A stretch of 62,609 nt of DNA, counting the filler, from Nemertoderma westbladi (lineage: Eukaryota > Animalia > Xenacoelomorpha), in assembly GCA_032718475.1 (NCBI GenBank). It is 4 parts of 4 records of this genome, joined end to end, with 100 filler letters (N's around TTAATTAATTAA, not from the genome) between each part and the next. Parts side by side here need not be neighbours in the genome. Positions count along the whole stretch, not along the records: positions 33,143 to 54,469 come from JAUCBJ010008080.1; 3 more parts are not named here. The stretch is one strand, 5' to 3'. The notes beneath the pieces are model-generated. The model made no database searches, was not told the origin of the DNA, and was given only the letters and a program-made list of their open reading frames with translations. Both the position numbers and the translations under genes were made by a program. Positions 36,045 to 51,045 of this stretch are shown one piece after another. The number at the start of each line of letters is the position of its first letter. Within the stretch, counting starts at the first letter, position 1.

Positions 36045-39000
36045 AGAAACAATAGTTTTATACAGAGATGAAGAAGAAGGGGCTAGGTTTAATACCACAA
36101 TAAACAATAGAAACAGAGATGGAGAAGGGGCTAGGTTTAATACCATAAGAAACAATAGTTTTATACAGAGATGAAGAAGAAGGGGCTAGGTTTAATACCA
36201 TAAGAAACAATAGTTTTATACAGAGATGAAGAAGGGGCTAGGTTTAATACCACAAGAAACAATAGTTTTATACAGAGATGAAGAAGGGGGTAGGTTTAAT
36301 ACCACAAGAAACAATAGTTTTATACAGAGATGAAGAAGAAGGGGCTAGGTTTAATACCACAAGAAACAATAGTTTTATACAGAGATGAAGAAGAGGCTAG
36401 GTTTAATACCACAAGAAACAATAGTTTTATACAGAGATGAAGAAGAAGAGGCTAGATTTAATACCACAAGAAACAATAGTTTTATACAGAGATGAAGAAG
36501 GGGCTAGGTTTAATACCACAAGAAACAATAGTTTTATACAGAGATGAAGAAGGGGCTAGGTTTAATACCACAAGAAACAATAGTTTTATACAGAGATGAA
36601 GAAGGGGCTAGGTTTAATACCACAAGAAACAATAGTTTTATACAGAGATGAAGAAGGGGCTAGGTTTAATACCATAAGAAACAATAGTTTTATACAGAGA
36701 TGAAGAAGGGGCTAGGTTTAATACCACAAGAAACAATAGTTTTATACAGAGATGAAGAAGTGGCTAGGTTTAATACCATAAGAAACAATAGTTTTATACA
36801 GAGATGAAGAAGGGGCTAGGTTTAATACCACAAGAAACAATAGTTTTATACAGAGATGAAGAAGAGGCTAGGTTTAATACCACATAAACAATAGTTTTAT
36901 ACAGAGATGAAGAAGAAGGGGCTAGGTTTAATACCACATAAACAATAGTTTTATACAGAGATGAAGAAGGGGCTAGGTTTAATACCACAAGAAACAATAG
37001 TTTTATACAGAGATGAAGAAGGGCTGAAGGGGCTAGGTTTAATACCACAAGAAACAATAGTTTTATACAGAGATGAAGAAGGGGCTAGGTTTAATACCAC
37101 AAGAAACAATAGTTTTATACAAAGATGAAGAAGGGGGTAGGTTTAATACCACAAGAAACAATAGTTTTATACAGAGATGAAGAAGAAGGGGCTAGGTTTA
37201 ATACCACAAGAAACAATAGTTTTATACAGAGATGTAGAAGAGGCTAGGTTTAATACCACAAGAAACAATAGTTTTATACAGAGATGAAGAAGAAGAGGCT
37301 AGGTTTAATACCACAAGAAACAATAGTTTTATACAGAGATGAAGAAGGGGCTAGGTTTAATACCACAAGAAACAATAGTTTTATACAGAGATGAAGAAGG
37401 GGCTAGGTTTAATACCACAAGAAACAATAGTTTTATACAGAGATGAAGAAGGGGCTAGGTTTAATACCACAAGAAACAATAGTTTTATACAGAGATGAAG
37501 AAGGGGCTAGGTTTAATACCATAAGAAACAATAGTTTTATACAGAGATGAAGAAGGGGCTAGGTTTAATACCACAAGAAACAATAGTTTTATACAGAGAT
37601 GAAGAAGTGGCTAGGTTTAATACCATAAGAAACAATAGTTTTATACAGAGATGAAGAAGGGGCTAGGTTTAATACCACAAGAAACAATAGTTTTATACAG
37701 AGATGAAGAAGAGGCTAGGTTTAATACCACATAAACAATAGTTTTATACAGAGATGAAGAAGAAGGGGCTAGGTTTAATACCACATAAACAATAGTTTTA
37801 TACAGAGATGAAGAAGGGGCTAGGTTTAATACCACAAGAAACAATAGTTTTATACAGAGATGAAGAAGAAGGGGCTAGGTTTAATACCACAAGAAACAAT
37901 AGTTTTATACAGAGATGAAGAAGGGGCTAGGTTTAATACCACAAGAAACAATAGTTTTATACAGAGATGAAGAAGTGGCTAGGTTTAATACCATAAGAAA
38001 CAATAGTTTTATACAGAGATGAAGAAGGGGCTAGGTTTAATACCACAAGAAACAATAGTTTTATACAGAGATGAAGAAGAAGGGGCTAGGTTTAATACCA
38101 CAAGAAACAATAGTTTTATACAGAGATGGAGAAGGGGCTAGGTTTAATACCACATAAACAATAGTTTTATACAGAGATGAAGAAGGGGCTAGGTTTAATA
38201 CCACAAGAAACAATAGTTTTATACAGAGATGAAGAAGAAGGGGCTAGGTTTAATACCACAAGAAACAATAGTTTTATACAGAGATGGAGAAGGGGCTAGG
38301 TTTAATACCACATAAACAATAGTTTTATACAGAGATGAAGAAGGGGCTAGGTTTAATACCACAAGAAACAATAGTTTTATACAGAGATGAAGAAGTGGCT
38401 AGGTTTAATACCATAAGAAACAATAGTTTTATACAGAGATGGAGAAGGGGCTAGGTTTAATACCACAAGAAACAATAGTTTTATACAGAGATGAAGAAGA
38501 AGGGGCTAGGTTTAATACCACAAGAAACAATAGTTTTATACAGAGATGGAGAAGGGGCTAGGTTTAATACCACATAAACAATAGTTTTATACAGAGATGA
38601 AGAAGGGGCTAGGTTTAATACCACAAGAAACAATAGTTTTATACAGAGATGAAGAAGAAGGGGCTAGGTTTAATACCACAAGAAACAATAGTTTTATACA
38701 GAGATGGAGAAGGGGCTAGGTTTAATACCACATAAACAATAGTTTTATACAGAGATGAAGAAGGGGCTAGGTTTAATACCACAAGAAACAATAGTTTTAT
38801 ACAGAGATGAAGAAGAAGGGGCTAGGTTTAATACCACAAGAAACAATAGTTTTATACAGAGATGGAGAAGGGGCTAGGTTTAATACCACATAAACAATAG
38901 TTTTATACAGAGATGAAGAAGGGGCTAGGTTTAATACCACAAGAAACAATAGTTTTATACAGAGATGAAGAAGGGGGTAGGTTTAATACCACAAGAAACA

Positions 39001-42000
39001 ATAGTTTTATACAGAGATGAAGAAGAAGGGGCTACGTTTAATACCACAAGAAACAATAGTTTTATACAGAGATGAAGAAGAGGCTAGGTTTAATACCACA
39101 AGAAACAATAGTTTTATACAGAGATGAAGAAGGGGCTAGGTTTAATACCACAAGAAACAATAGTTTTATACAGAGATGAAGAAGGGGTTAGGTTTAATAT
39201 CACAAGAAACAATAGTTTTATACAGAGATGAAGAAGGGGCTAGGTTTAATTCACAAGAAACAATAGTTTTATACAGAGATGAAGAAGGGGCTAGGTTTAA
39301 TACCACAAGAAACAATAGTTTTATACAGAGATGTAGAAGGGGCTAGGTTTAATACCACAAGAAACAATAGTTTTATACAGAGATGAAGAAGGGGCTAGGT
39401 TTAATACCACAAGAAACAATAGTTTTATACAGAGATGTAGAAGGGGCTAGGTTTAAAAACACAAGAAACAATAGTTTTATATTATATACAGAGATGAAGA
39501 AGAAGCTAGGTTTAATACAACAAGAAACAATAGTTTTATACAGAGATGAAGAAGGGGCTAGGTTTAATACCATAAGAAACAATAGTTTTATACAGAGATG
39601 AAGAATTGGCTAGGTTTAATACCATAAGAAACAATAGTTTTATACAGAGATGAAGAAGAGGCTAGGTTTAATACCACAAGAAACAATAGTTTTATACAGA
39701 GATGAAGAATTGGCTAGGTTTAATACCACAAGAAACAATAGTTTTATACAGAGATGAAGAAGAGGCTAGGTTTAATACCACAAGAAACAATAGTTTTATA
39801 CAGAGATGAAGAATTGGCTAGGTTTAATACCACAAGAAACAATAGTTTTATACAGAGATGAAGAAGAGGCTAGGTTTAATACCACAAGAAACAATAGTTT
39901 TATACAGAGATGAAGAAGGGGCTAGGTTTAATACCACAAGAAACAATAGTTTTATACAGAGATGAAGAAGGGGCTAGGTTTAATACCACAAGAAACAATA
40001 GTTTTATACAGAGATGTAGAAGGGGCTAGGTTTAAAAACACAAGAAACAATAGTTTTATATTATATACAGAGATGAAGAAGAGGCTAGGTTTAATACCAC
40101 AAGAAACAATAGTTTTATACAGAGTTGAAGAAGGGGCTAGGTTTAATACCACAAGAAACAATAGTTTTATACAGAGTTGAAGAAGGGGCTAGGTTTAATA
40201 CCACAAGGAATACTAGTTTTATACAGAGATAAAGAAGAGGCTAGGTTTAAAACCACAAGAAACAATAGTTTTATACAGAGATGAAGAAGAGGCTAGGTTT
40301 AATACCACAAGAAACAATAGTTTTATACAGAGATGAAGAATTGGCTAGGTTTAATACCACAATAAACAATAGTTTTATACAGAGATGAAGAATTGTCTAG
40401 GTTTAATACCACACGAAACAATAGTTTTATACAGAGATGAAGAAGGGGCTAGGTTTAATACCACAAGAAACAATAGTTTTATACAGAGATGGAGAAGGGG
40501 CTAGGTTTAATACCATAAGAAACAATAGTTTTATACAGAGATGAAGAATTGGCTAGGTTTAATACCACAAGAAACAATAGTTTTATACAGAGATGAAGAA
40601 GGGGCTAGGTTTAATACCACAAGAAACAATAGTTTTATACAGAGATGAAGAAGGGGCTAGGTTTAATACCACAAGAAACAATAGTTTTATACAGAGATGT
40701 AGAAGAGGCTAGGTTTAATACCATAAGAAACAATAGTTTTATACAGAGTTGAAGAAGGGGCTAGGTTCAATACCACAAGAAACAATAGTTTTATACAGAG
40801 ATGGAGAAGGGGCTAGGTTTAATACCACAAGAAACAATAGTTTTATACAGAGATGAAGAAGGGGCTAGGTTTAATACCACAAGAAACAATAGTTTTATAC
40901 AGAGATGAAGAAGAGGCTAGGTTTAATACCACAAGAAACAATAGTTTTATACAGAGATGAAGAAGAAGGGGCTAGGTTTAATACCACAAGAAACAATAGT
41001 TTTATACAGAGATGAAGAAGAGGCTAGGTTTAATACCATAAGAAACAATAGTTTTATACAGAGATGAAGAAGGGGCTAGGTTTAATACCACAAGAAACAA
41101 TAGTTTTATACAGAGATGAAGAAGGGGCTAGGTTTAATACCACAAGAAACAATAGTTTTATACAGAGATGAAGAAGAAGGGGCTAGGTTTAATACCATAA
41201 GAAACAATAGTTTTATACAGAGATGAAGAAGGGGCTAGGTTTAATACCACAAGAAACAATAGTTTTATACAGAGATGAAGAAGGGGCTAGGTTTAATACC
41301 ACAAGAAACAATAGTTTTATACAGAGATGAAGAAGAAGGGGCTAGGTTTAATACCACAAGAAACAATAGTTTTATACAGAGATGTAGAAGGGGCTAGGTT
41401 TAAAAACACAAGAAACAATAGTTTTATATTATATACAGAGATGAAGAAGAAGCTAGGTTTAATACAACAAGAAACAATAGTTTTATACAGAGATGAAGAA
41501 GGGGCTAGGTTTAATACCATAAGAAACAATAGTTTTATACAGAGATGAAGAATTGGCTAGGTTTAATACCATAAGAAACAATAGTTTTATACAGAGATGA
41601 AGAAGAGGCTAGGTTTAATACCACATGAAACAATAGTTTTATACAGAGATGAAGAATTGGCTAGGTTTAATACCACAAGAAACAATAGTTTTATACAGAG
41701 ATGAAGAAGAGGCTAGGTTTAATACCACAAGAAACAATAGTTTTATACAGAGATGAAGAATTGGCTAGGTTTAATACCACAAGAAACAATAGTTTTATAC
41801 AGAGATGAAGAAGAGGCTAGGTTTAATACCACAAGAAACAATAGTTTTATACAGAGATGAAGAAGGGGCTAGGTTTAATACCACAAGAAACAATAGTTTT
41901 ATACAGAGATGAAGAAGGGGCTAGGTTTAATACCACAAGAAACAATAGTTTTATACAGAGATGTAGAAGGGGCTAGGTTTAAAAACACAAGAAACAATAG

Positions 42001-45000
42001 TTTTATATTATATACAGAGATGAAGAAGAGGCTAGGTTTAATACCACAAGAAACAATAGTTTTATACAGAGTTGAAGAAGGGGCTAGGTTTAATACCACA
42101 AGAAACAATAGTTTTATACAGAGTTGAAGAAGGGGCTAGGTTTAATACCACAAGGAACACTAGTTTTATACAGAGATAAAGAAGAGGCTAGGTTTAAAAC
42201 CACAAGAAACAATAGTTTTATACAGAGATGAAGAAGAGGCTAGGTTTAATACCACAAGAAACAATAGTTTTATACAGAGATGAAGAATTGGCTAGGTTTA
42301 ATACCACAATAAACAATAGTTTTATACAGAGATGAAGAATTGGCTAGGTTTAATACCACACGAAACAATAGTTTTATACAGAGATGAAGAAGGGGCTAGG
42401 TTTAATACCACAAGAAACAATAGTTTTATACAGAGATGGAGAAGGGGCTAGGTTTAATACCATAAGAAACAATAGTTTTATACAGAGATGAAGAATTGGC
42501 TAGGTTTAATACCACAAGAAACAATAGTTTTATACAGAGATGAAGAATGGGGCTAGGTTTAATACCACAAGAAACAATAGTTTTATACAGAGATGAAGAA
42601 GGGGCTAGGTTTAATACCACAAGAAACAATAGTTTTATACAGAGATGTAGAAGAGGCTAGGTTTAATACCATAAGAAACAATAGTTTTATACAGAGTTGA
42701 AGAAGGGGCTAGGTTCAATACCACAAGAAACAATAGTTTTATACAGAGATGGAGAAGGGGCTAGGTTTAATACCACAAGAAACAATAGTTTTATACAGAG
42801 ATGAAGAAGGGGCTAGGTTTAATACCACAAGAAACAATAGTTTTATACAGAGATGAAGAAGAGGCTAGGTTTAATACCACAAGAAACAATAGTTTTATAC
42901 AGAGATGAAGAAGAAGGGGCTAGGTTTAATACCACAAGAAACAATAGTTTTATACAGAGATGAAGAAGAGGCTAGGTTTAATACCATAAGAAACAATAGT
43001 TTTATACAGAGATGAAGAAGGGGCTAGGTTTAATACCACAAGAAACAATAGTTTTATACAGAGATGAAGAAGGGGCTAGGTTTAATACCACAAGAAACAA
43101 TAGTTTTATACAGAGATGAAGAAGAAGGGGCTAGGTTTAATACCATAAGAAACAATAGTTTTATACAGAGATGAAGAAGGGGCTAGGTTTAATACCACAA
43201 GAAACAATAGTTTTATACAGAGATGAAGAAGGGGCTAGGTTTAATACCACAAGAAACAATAGTTTTATACAGAGATGAAGAAGAAGGGGCTAGGTTTAAT
43301 ACCACAAGAAACAATAGTTTTATACAGAGATGAAGAAGAGGCTAGGTTTAATACCACAAGAAACAATAGTTTTATACAGAGATGAAGAAGGGGCTAGGTT
43401 TAATACCATAAGAAACAATAGTTTTATACAGAGATGAAGAAGGGGCTAGGTTTAATACCACAAGAAACAGTAGTTTTATACAGAGATGAAGAAGAAGGGG
43501 CTAGGTTTAATACCACAAGAAACAATAGTTTTATACAGAGATGAAGAAGGGGCTAGGTTTAATACCACAAGAAACAATAGTTTTATACAGAGATGAAGAA
43601 GAAGGGGCTAGGTTTAATACCATAAGAAACAATAGTTTTATACAGAGATGAAGAAGAGGCTAGGTTTAATACCACAAGAAACAATAGTTTTATACAGAGA
43701 TGAAGAATTGGCTAGGTTTAATACCACAAGAAACAATAGTTTTATACAGAGATGAAGAAGAGGCTAGGTTTAATACCACAAGAAACAATAGTTTTATACA
43801 GAGATGAAGAAGGGGCTAGGTTTAATACCACAAGAAACAATAGTTTTATACAGAGATGAAGAAGGGGCTAGGTTTAATACCACAAGAAACAATAGTTTTA
43901 TACAGAGATGTAGAAGGGGCTAGGTTTAAAAACACAAGAAACAATAGTTTTATATTATATACAGAGATGAAGAAGAGGCTAGGTTTAATACCACAAGAAA
44001 CAATAGTTTTATACAGAGATGAAGAATTGGCTAGGTTTAATACCACAAGAAACAATAGTTTTATACAGAGATGAAGAAGAGGCTAGGTTTAATACCACAA
44101 GAAACAATAGTTTTATACAGAGATGAAGAAGGGGCTAGGTTTAATACCACAAGAAACAATAGTTTTATACAGAGATGAAGAAGGGGCTAGGTTTAATACC
44201 ACAAGAAACAATAGTTTTATACAGAGATGTAGAAGGGGCTAGGTTTAAAAACACAAGAAACAATAGTTTTATATTATATACAGAGATGAAGAAGAGGCTA
44301 GGTTTAATACCACAAGAAACAATAGTTTTATACAGAGTTGAAGAAGGGGCTAGGTTTAATACCACAAGAAACAATAGTTTTATACAGAGTTGAAGAAGGG
44401 GCTAGGTTTAATACCACAAGGAACACTAGTTTTATACAGAGATAAAGAAGAGGCTAGGTTTAAAACCACAAGAAACAATAGTTTTATACAGAGATGAAGA
44501 AGAGGCTAGGTTTAATACCACAAGAAACAATAGTTTTATACAGAGATGAAGAATTGGCTAGGTTTAATACCACAATAAACAATAGTTTTATACAGAGATG
44601 AAGAATTGGCTAGGTTTAATACCACACGAAACAATAGTTTTATACAGAGATGAAGAAGGGGCTAGGTTTAATACCACAAGAAACAATAGTTTTATACAGA
44701 GATGGAGAAGGGGCTAGGTTTAATACCATAAGAAACAATAGTTTTATACAGAGATGAAGAATTGGCTAGGTTTAATACCACAAGAAACAATAGTTTTATA
44801 CAGAGATGAAGAATGGGGCTAGGTTTAATACCACAAGAAACAATAGTTTTATACAGAGATGAAGAAGGGGCTAGGTTTAATACCACAAGAAACAATAGTT
44901 TTATACAGAGATGTAGAAGAGGCTAGGTTTAATACCATAAGAAACAATAGTTTTATACAGAGTTGAAGAAGGGGCTAGGTTCAATACCACAAGAAACAAT

Positions 45001-48000
45001 AGTTTTATACAGAGATGGAGAAGGGGCTAGGTTTAATACCACAAGAAACAATAGTTTTATACAGAGATGAAGAAGGGGCTAGGTTTAATACCACAAGAAA
45101 CAATAGTTTTATACAGAGATGAAGAAGAGGCTAGGTTTAATACCACAAGAAACAATAGTTTTATACAGAGATGAAGAAGAAGGGGCTAGGTTTAATACCA
45201 CAAGAAACAATAGTTTTATACAGAGATGAAGAAGAGGCTAGGTTTAATACCATAAGAAACAATAGTTTTATACAGAGATGAAGAAGGGGCTAGGTTTAAT
45301 ACCACAAGAAACAATAGTTTTATACAGAGATGAAGAAGGGGCTAGGTTTAATACCACAAGAAACAATAGTTTTATACAGAGATGAAGAAGAAGGGGCTAG
45401 GTTTAATACCATAAGAAACAATAGTTTTATACAGAGATGAAGAAGGGGCTAGGTTTAATACCACAAGAAACAATAGTTTTATACAGAGATGAAGAAGGGG
45501 CTAGGTTTAATACCACAAGAAACAATAGTTTTATACAGAGATGAAGAAGAAGGGGCTAGGTTTAATACCACAAGAAACAATAGTTTTATACAGAGATGAA
45601 GAAGAGGCTAGGTTTAATACCACAAGAAACAATAGTTTTATACAGAGATGAAGAAGGGGCTAGGTTTAATACCATAAGAAACAATAGTTTTATACAGAGA
45701 TGAAGAAGGGGCTAGGTTTAATACCACAAGAAACAGTAGTTTTATACAGAGATGAAGAAGAAGGGGCTAGGTTTAATACCACAAGAAACAATAGTTTTAT
45801 ACAGAGATGAAGAAGAGGCTAGGTTTAATACCACAAGAAACAATAGTTTTATACAGAGATGAAGAAGGGGCTAGGTTTAATACCATAAGAAACAATAGTT
45901 TTATACAGAGATGAAGAAGAGGCTAGGTTTAATACCACAAGAAACAATAGTTTTATACAGAGATGAAGAAGAAGGGGCTAGGTTTAATACCATAAGAAAC
46001 AGTAGTTTTATACAGAGATGAAGAAGGGGCTAGGTTTAATACCACAAGAAACAATAGTTTTATACAGAGATGAAGAAGAGGCTAGGTTTAATACCACAAG
46101 AAACAATAGTTTTATACAGAGATGAAGAAGGGGCTAGGTTTAATACCATAAGAAACAATAGTTTTATACAGAGATGAAGAAGGGGCTAGGTTTAATACCA
46201 CAAGAAACAATAGTTTTATACAGAGATGAAGAAGAAGGGGCTAGGTTTAATACCATAAGAAACAATAGTTTTATACAGAGATGAAGAAGGGGCTAGGTTT
46301 AATACCACAAGAAACAATGGTTTTATACAGAGATGAAGAAGAAGGGGCTAGGTTTAATACCATAAGAAACAATAGTTTTATACAGAGATGAAGAAGAGGC
46401 TAGGTTTAATACCATAAGAAACAATAGTTTTATACAGAGATGAAGAAGAAGGGGCTAGGTTTAATACCATAAGAAACAATAGTTTTATACAGAGATGAAG
46501 AAGAGGCTAGGTTTAATACCATAAGAAACAATAGTTTTATACAGAGATGAAGAAGAAGGGGCTAGGTTTAATACCACAAGAAACAATAGTTTTATACAGA
46601 GATGAAGAAGTGGCTAGGTTTAATACCACAAGAAACAATAGTTTTATACAGAGATGAAGAAGAAGGGGCTAGGTTTAATACCATAAGAAACAATAGTTTT
46701 ATACAGAGATGAAGAAGGGGCTAGGTTTAATACCATAAGAAACAATAGTTTTATACAGAGATGTAGAAGAGGCTAGGTTTAATACCACAAGAAACAATAG
46801 TTTTATACAGAGATGAAGAAGAAGGGGCTAGGTTTAATACCACAAGAAACAATAGTTTTATACAGAGATGAAGAAGTGGCTAGGTTTAATACCACAAGAA
46901 ACAATAGTTTTATACAGAGATGAAGAAGAAGGGGCTAGGTTTAATACCATAAGAAACAATAGTTTTATACAGAGATGAAGAAGGGGCTAGGTTTAATACC
47001 ATAAGAAACAATAGTTTTATACAGAGATGAAGAAGAAGGGGCTAGGTTTAATACCACAAGAAACAATAGTTTTATACAGAGATGAAGAAGAGGCTAGGTT
47101 TAATACCACAAGAAACAATAGTTTTATACAGAGATGAAGAAGGGGCTAGGTTTAATACCATAAGAAACAATAGTTTTATACAGAGATGAAGAAGGGGCTA
47201 GGTTTAATACCACAAGAAACAATAGTTTTATACAGAGATGAAGAAGAAGGGGCTAGGTTTAATACCATAAGAAACAATAGTTTTATACAGAGATGAAGAA
47301 GGGGCTAGGTTTAATACCATAAGAAACAATAGTTTTATACAGAGATGTAGAAGAGGCTAGGTTTAATACCACAAGAAACAATAGTTTTATACAGAGATGG
47401 AGAAGGGGCTAGGTTTAATACCACAAGAAACAATAGTTTTATACAGAGATGAAGAAGAGGCTAGGTTTAATACCACAAGAAACAATAGTTTTATACAGAG
47501 ATGAAGAAGAAGGGGCTAGGTTTAATACCACAAGAAACAATAGTTTTATACAGAGATGAAGAAGAAGGGGCTAGGTTTAATACCACAAGAAACAATAGTT
47601 TTATACAGACATGAAGAAGAGGCTAGGTTTAATACCACAAGAAACAATAGTTTTATACAGAGATGAAGAAGGGGGTAGGTTTAATACCACAAGAAACAAT
47701 AGTTTTATACAGAGATGGAGAAGGGGCTAGGTTTAATACCACAATAAACAATAGTTTTATACAGAGATGAAGAAGAGGCTAGGTTTAATACCACAAGAAA
47801 CAATAGTTTTATACAGAGATGAAGAAGAAGGGGCTAGGTTTAATACCACAATAAACAATAGTTTTATACAGAGATGAAGAAGAGGCTAGGTTTAATACCA
47901 CAAGAAACAATAGTTTTATACAGAGATGAAGAAGAAGGGGCTAGGTTTAATACCACAATAAACAATAGTTTTATACAGAGATGAAGAAGAAGGGGCTAGG

Positions 48001-51000
48001 TTTAATGCCACAAGAAACAATAGTTTTATACAGAGATGAAGAAGAGGCTAGGTTTAATACCACAAGAAACAATAGTTTTATACAGAGATGAAGAAGAAGG
48101 GGCTATGTTTAATACCATAAGAAACAATAGTTTTATACAGAGATGAAGAAGGGGCTAGGTTTAATACCACAAGAAACAATAGTTTTATACAGAGATGAAG
48201 AAGGGGCTAGGTTTAATACCACAAGAAACAATAGTTTTATACAGAGATGAAGAAGGGGCTAGGTTTAATACCATAAGAAACAATAGTTTTATACAGAGAT
48301 GAAGAAGGGGCTAGGTTTAATACCACAAGAAACAATAGTTTTATACAGAGATGAAGAAGAAGGGGCTAGGTTTAATACCATAAGAAACAATAGTTTTATA
48401 CAGAGATGAAGAAGGGGCTAGGTTTAATACCATAAGAAACAATAGTTTTATACAGAGATGTAGAAGAGGCTAGGTTTAATACCACAAGAAACAATAGTTT
48501 TATACAGAGATGGAGAAGGGGCTAGGTTTAATACCACAAGAAACAATAGTTTTATACAGAGATGAAGAAGAGGCTAGGTTTAATACCACAAGAAACAATA
48601 GTTTTATACAGAGATGAAGAAGAAGGGGCTAGGTTTAATACCACAAGAAACAATAGTTTTATACAGAGATGAAGAAGAAGGGGCTAGGTTTAATACCACA
48701 AGAAACAATAGTTTTATACAGACATGAAGAAGAGGCTAGGTTTAATACCACAAGAAACAATAGTTTTATACAGAGATGAAGAAGGGGGTAGGTTTAATAC
48801 CACAAGAAACAATAGTTTTATACAGAGATGGAGAAGGGGCTAGGTTTAATACCACAATAAACAATAGTTTTATACAGAGATGAAGAAGAGGCTAGGTTTA
48901 ATACCACAAGAAACAATAGTTTTATACAGAGATGAAGAAGAAGGGGCTAGGTTTAATACCACAATAAACAATAGTTTTATACAGAGATGAAGAAGAGGCT
49001 AGGTTTAATACCACAAGAAACAATAGTTTTATACAGAGATGAAGAAGAAGGGGCTAGGTTTAATACCACAATAAACAATAGTTTTATACAGAGATGAAGA
49101 AGAAGGGGCTAGGTTTAATGCCACAAGAAACAATAGTTTTATACAGAGATGAAGAAGAGGCTAGGTTTAATACCACAAGAAACAATAGTTTTATACAGAG
49201 ATGAAGAAGAAGGGGCTATGTTTAATACCATAAGAAACAATAGTTTTATACAGAGATGAAGAAGGGGCTAGGTTTAATACCACAAGAAACAATAGTTTTA
49301 TACAGAGATGAAGAAGGGGCTAGGTTTAATACCACAAGAAACAATAGTTTTATACAGAGATGAAGAAGAAGGGGTTAGGTTTAATACCACAAGAAACAAT
49401 AGTTTTATACAAAGATGAAGAAGGGGGTAGGTTTAATACCACAAGAAACAATAGTTTTATACAGAGATGAAGAAGAAGGGGCTAGATTTAATACCACAAG
49501 AAACAATAGTTTTATACAGAGATGAAGAAGAGGCTAGGTTTAATACCACAAGAAACAATAGTTTTATACAGAGATGAAGAAGAAGGCGCTAGGTTTAATA
49601 CCACAAGAAACAATAGTTTTATACAGAGATGAAGAAGGGGCTAGGTTTAATACCACAAGAAACAATAGTTTTATACAGAGATGAAGAAGAAGGGGCTAGG
49701 TTTAATACCACAAGAAACAATAGTTTTATACAGAGATGAAGAAGGGGCTAGGTTTAATACCGCAAGAAACAATAGTTTTATACAGAGATGAAGAAGAAGG
49801 GGCTAGGTTTAATACCACAAGAAACAATAGTTTTATACAGAGATGAAGAAGAAGGGGCTAGGTTTAATACCACAAGAAACAATAGTTTTATACAGAGATG
49901 AAGAAGGGGCTAGGTTTAATACCACAAGAAACAATAGTTTTATACAGAGATGAAGAAGAAGGGGCTAGGTTTAATACCACAAGAAACAATAGTTTTATAC
50001 AGAGATGAAGAAGAAGGGGCTAGGTTTAATACCACAAGAAACAATAGTTTTATACAGAGATGAAGAAGAAGGGGCTAGGTTTAATACCACAAGAAACAAT
50101 AGTTTTATACAGAGATGAAGAATTGGCTAGGTTTAATACCACAAGAAACAATAGTTTTATACAGAGTTGAAGAAGGGGCTAGGTTTAATACCACAAGAAA
50201 CAATAGTTTTATACAGAGATGAAGAAGGGGCTAGGTTTAATACCACAAGAAACAATAGTTTTATACAGAGATGAAGAAGGGGCTAGGTTTAATACCACAA
50301 GAAACAATAGTTTTATACAGAGATGAAGAAGAGGCTAGGTTTAATACCACAAGAAACAATGGTTTTATACAGAGATGAAGAAGGGGCTAGGTTTAATACC
50401 ACAAGAAACAATAGTTTTATACAGAGATGAAGAAGAAGGGGCTAGGTTTAATACCACAAGAAACAATAGTTTTATACAGAGATGAAGAAGAGGCTAGGTT
50501 TAATACCACAATAAACAATAGTTTTATACAGAGATGAAGAAGGGGCTAGGTTTAATACCACAAGAAACAATAGTTTTATACAGAGATGGAGAAGGGGCTA
50601 GGTTTAATACCACAAGAAACAATAGTTTTATACAGAGATGGAGAAGAAGGGGCTACGTTTAATACCACAAGAAACAATAGTTTTATACAGAGATGAAGAA
50701 GGGGCTAGGTTTAATACCACAAGAAACAATAGTTTTATACAGAGATGAAGAAGGGGCTAGGTTTAATACTATAAGAAACAATAGTTTTATACAGAGATGG
50801 AGAAGAAGGGGCTACGTTTAATACCACAAGAAACAATAGTTTTATACAGAGATGAAGAAGGGGCTAGGTTTAATACCACAAGAAACAATAGTTTTATACA
50901 GAGATGAAGAAGGGGCTAGGTTTAATACTATAAGAAACAATAGTTTTATACAGAGATGGAGAAGAAGGGGCTACGTTTAATACCACAAGAAACAATAGTT

Positions 51001-51045
51001 TTATACAGAGATGAAGAAGGGGCTAGGTTTAATACCACAAGAAAC
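36045..51045. repeat. About 15-kb satellite array, 52-bp unit (55-bp variant with an extra GAA)
   Basis: AAGAAACAATAGTTTTATACAGAGATGAAGAAGGGGCTAGGTTTAATACCAC repeated head to tail. Confidence 0.99.

Noticed and set aside
36045-51045. Many short ORFs, or a CRISPR array, in the 52-bp satellite
   Set aside because: The ORFs are translations of tandem monomers, and there are no spacers.
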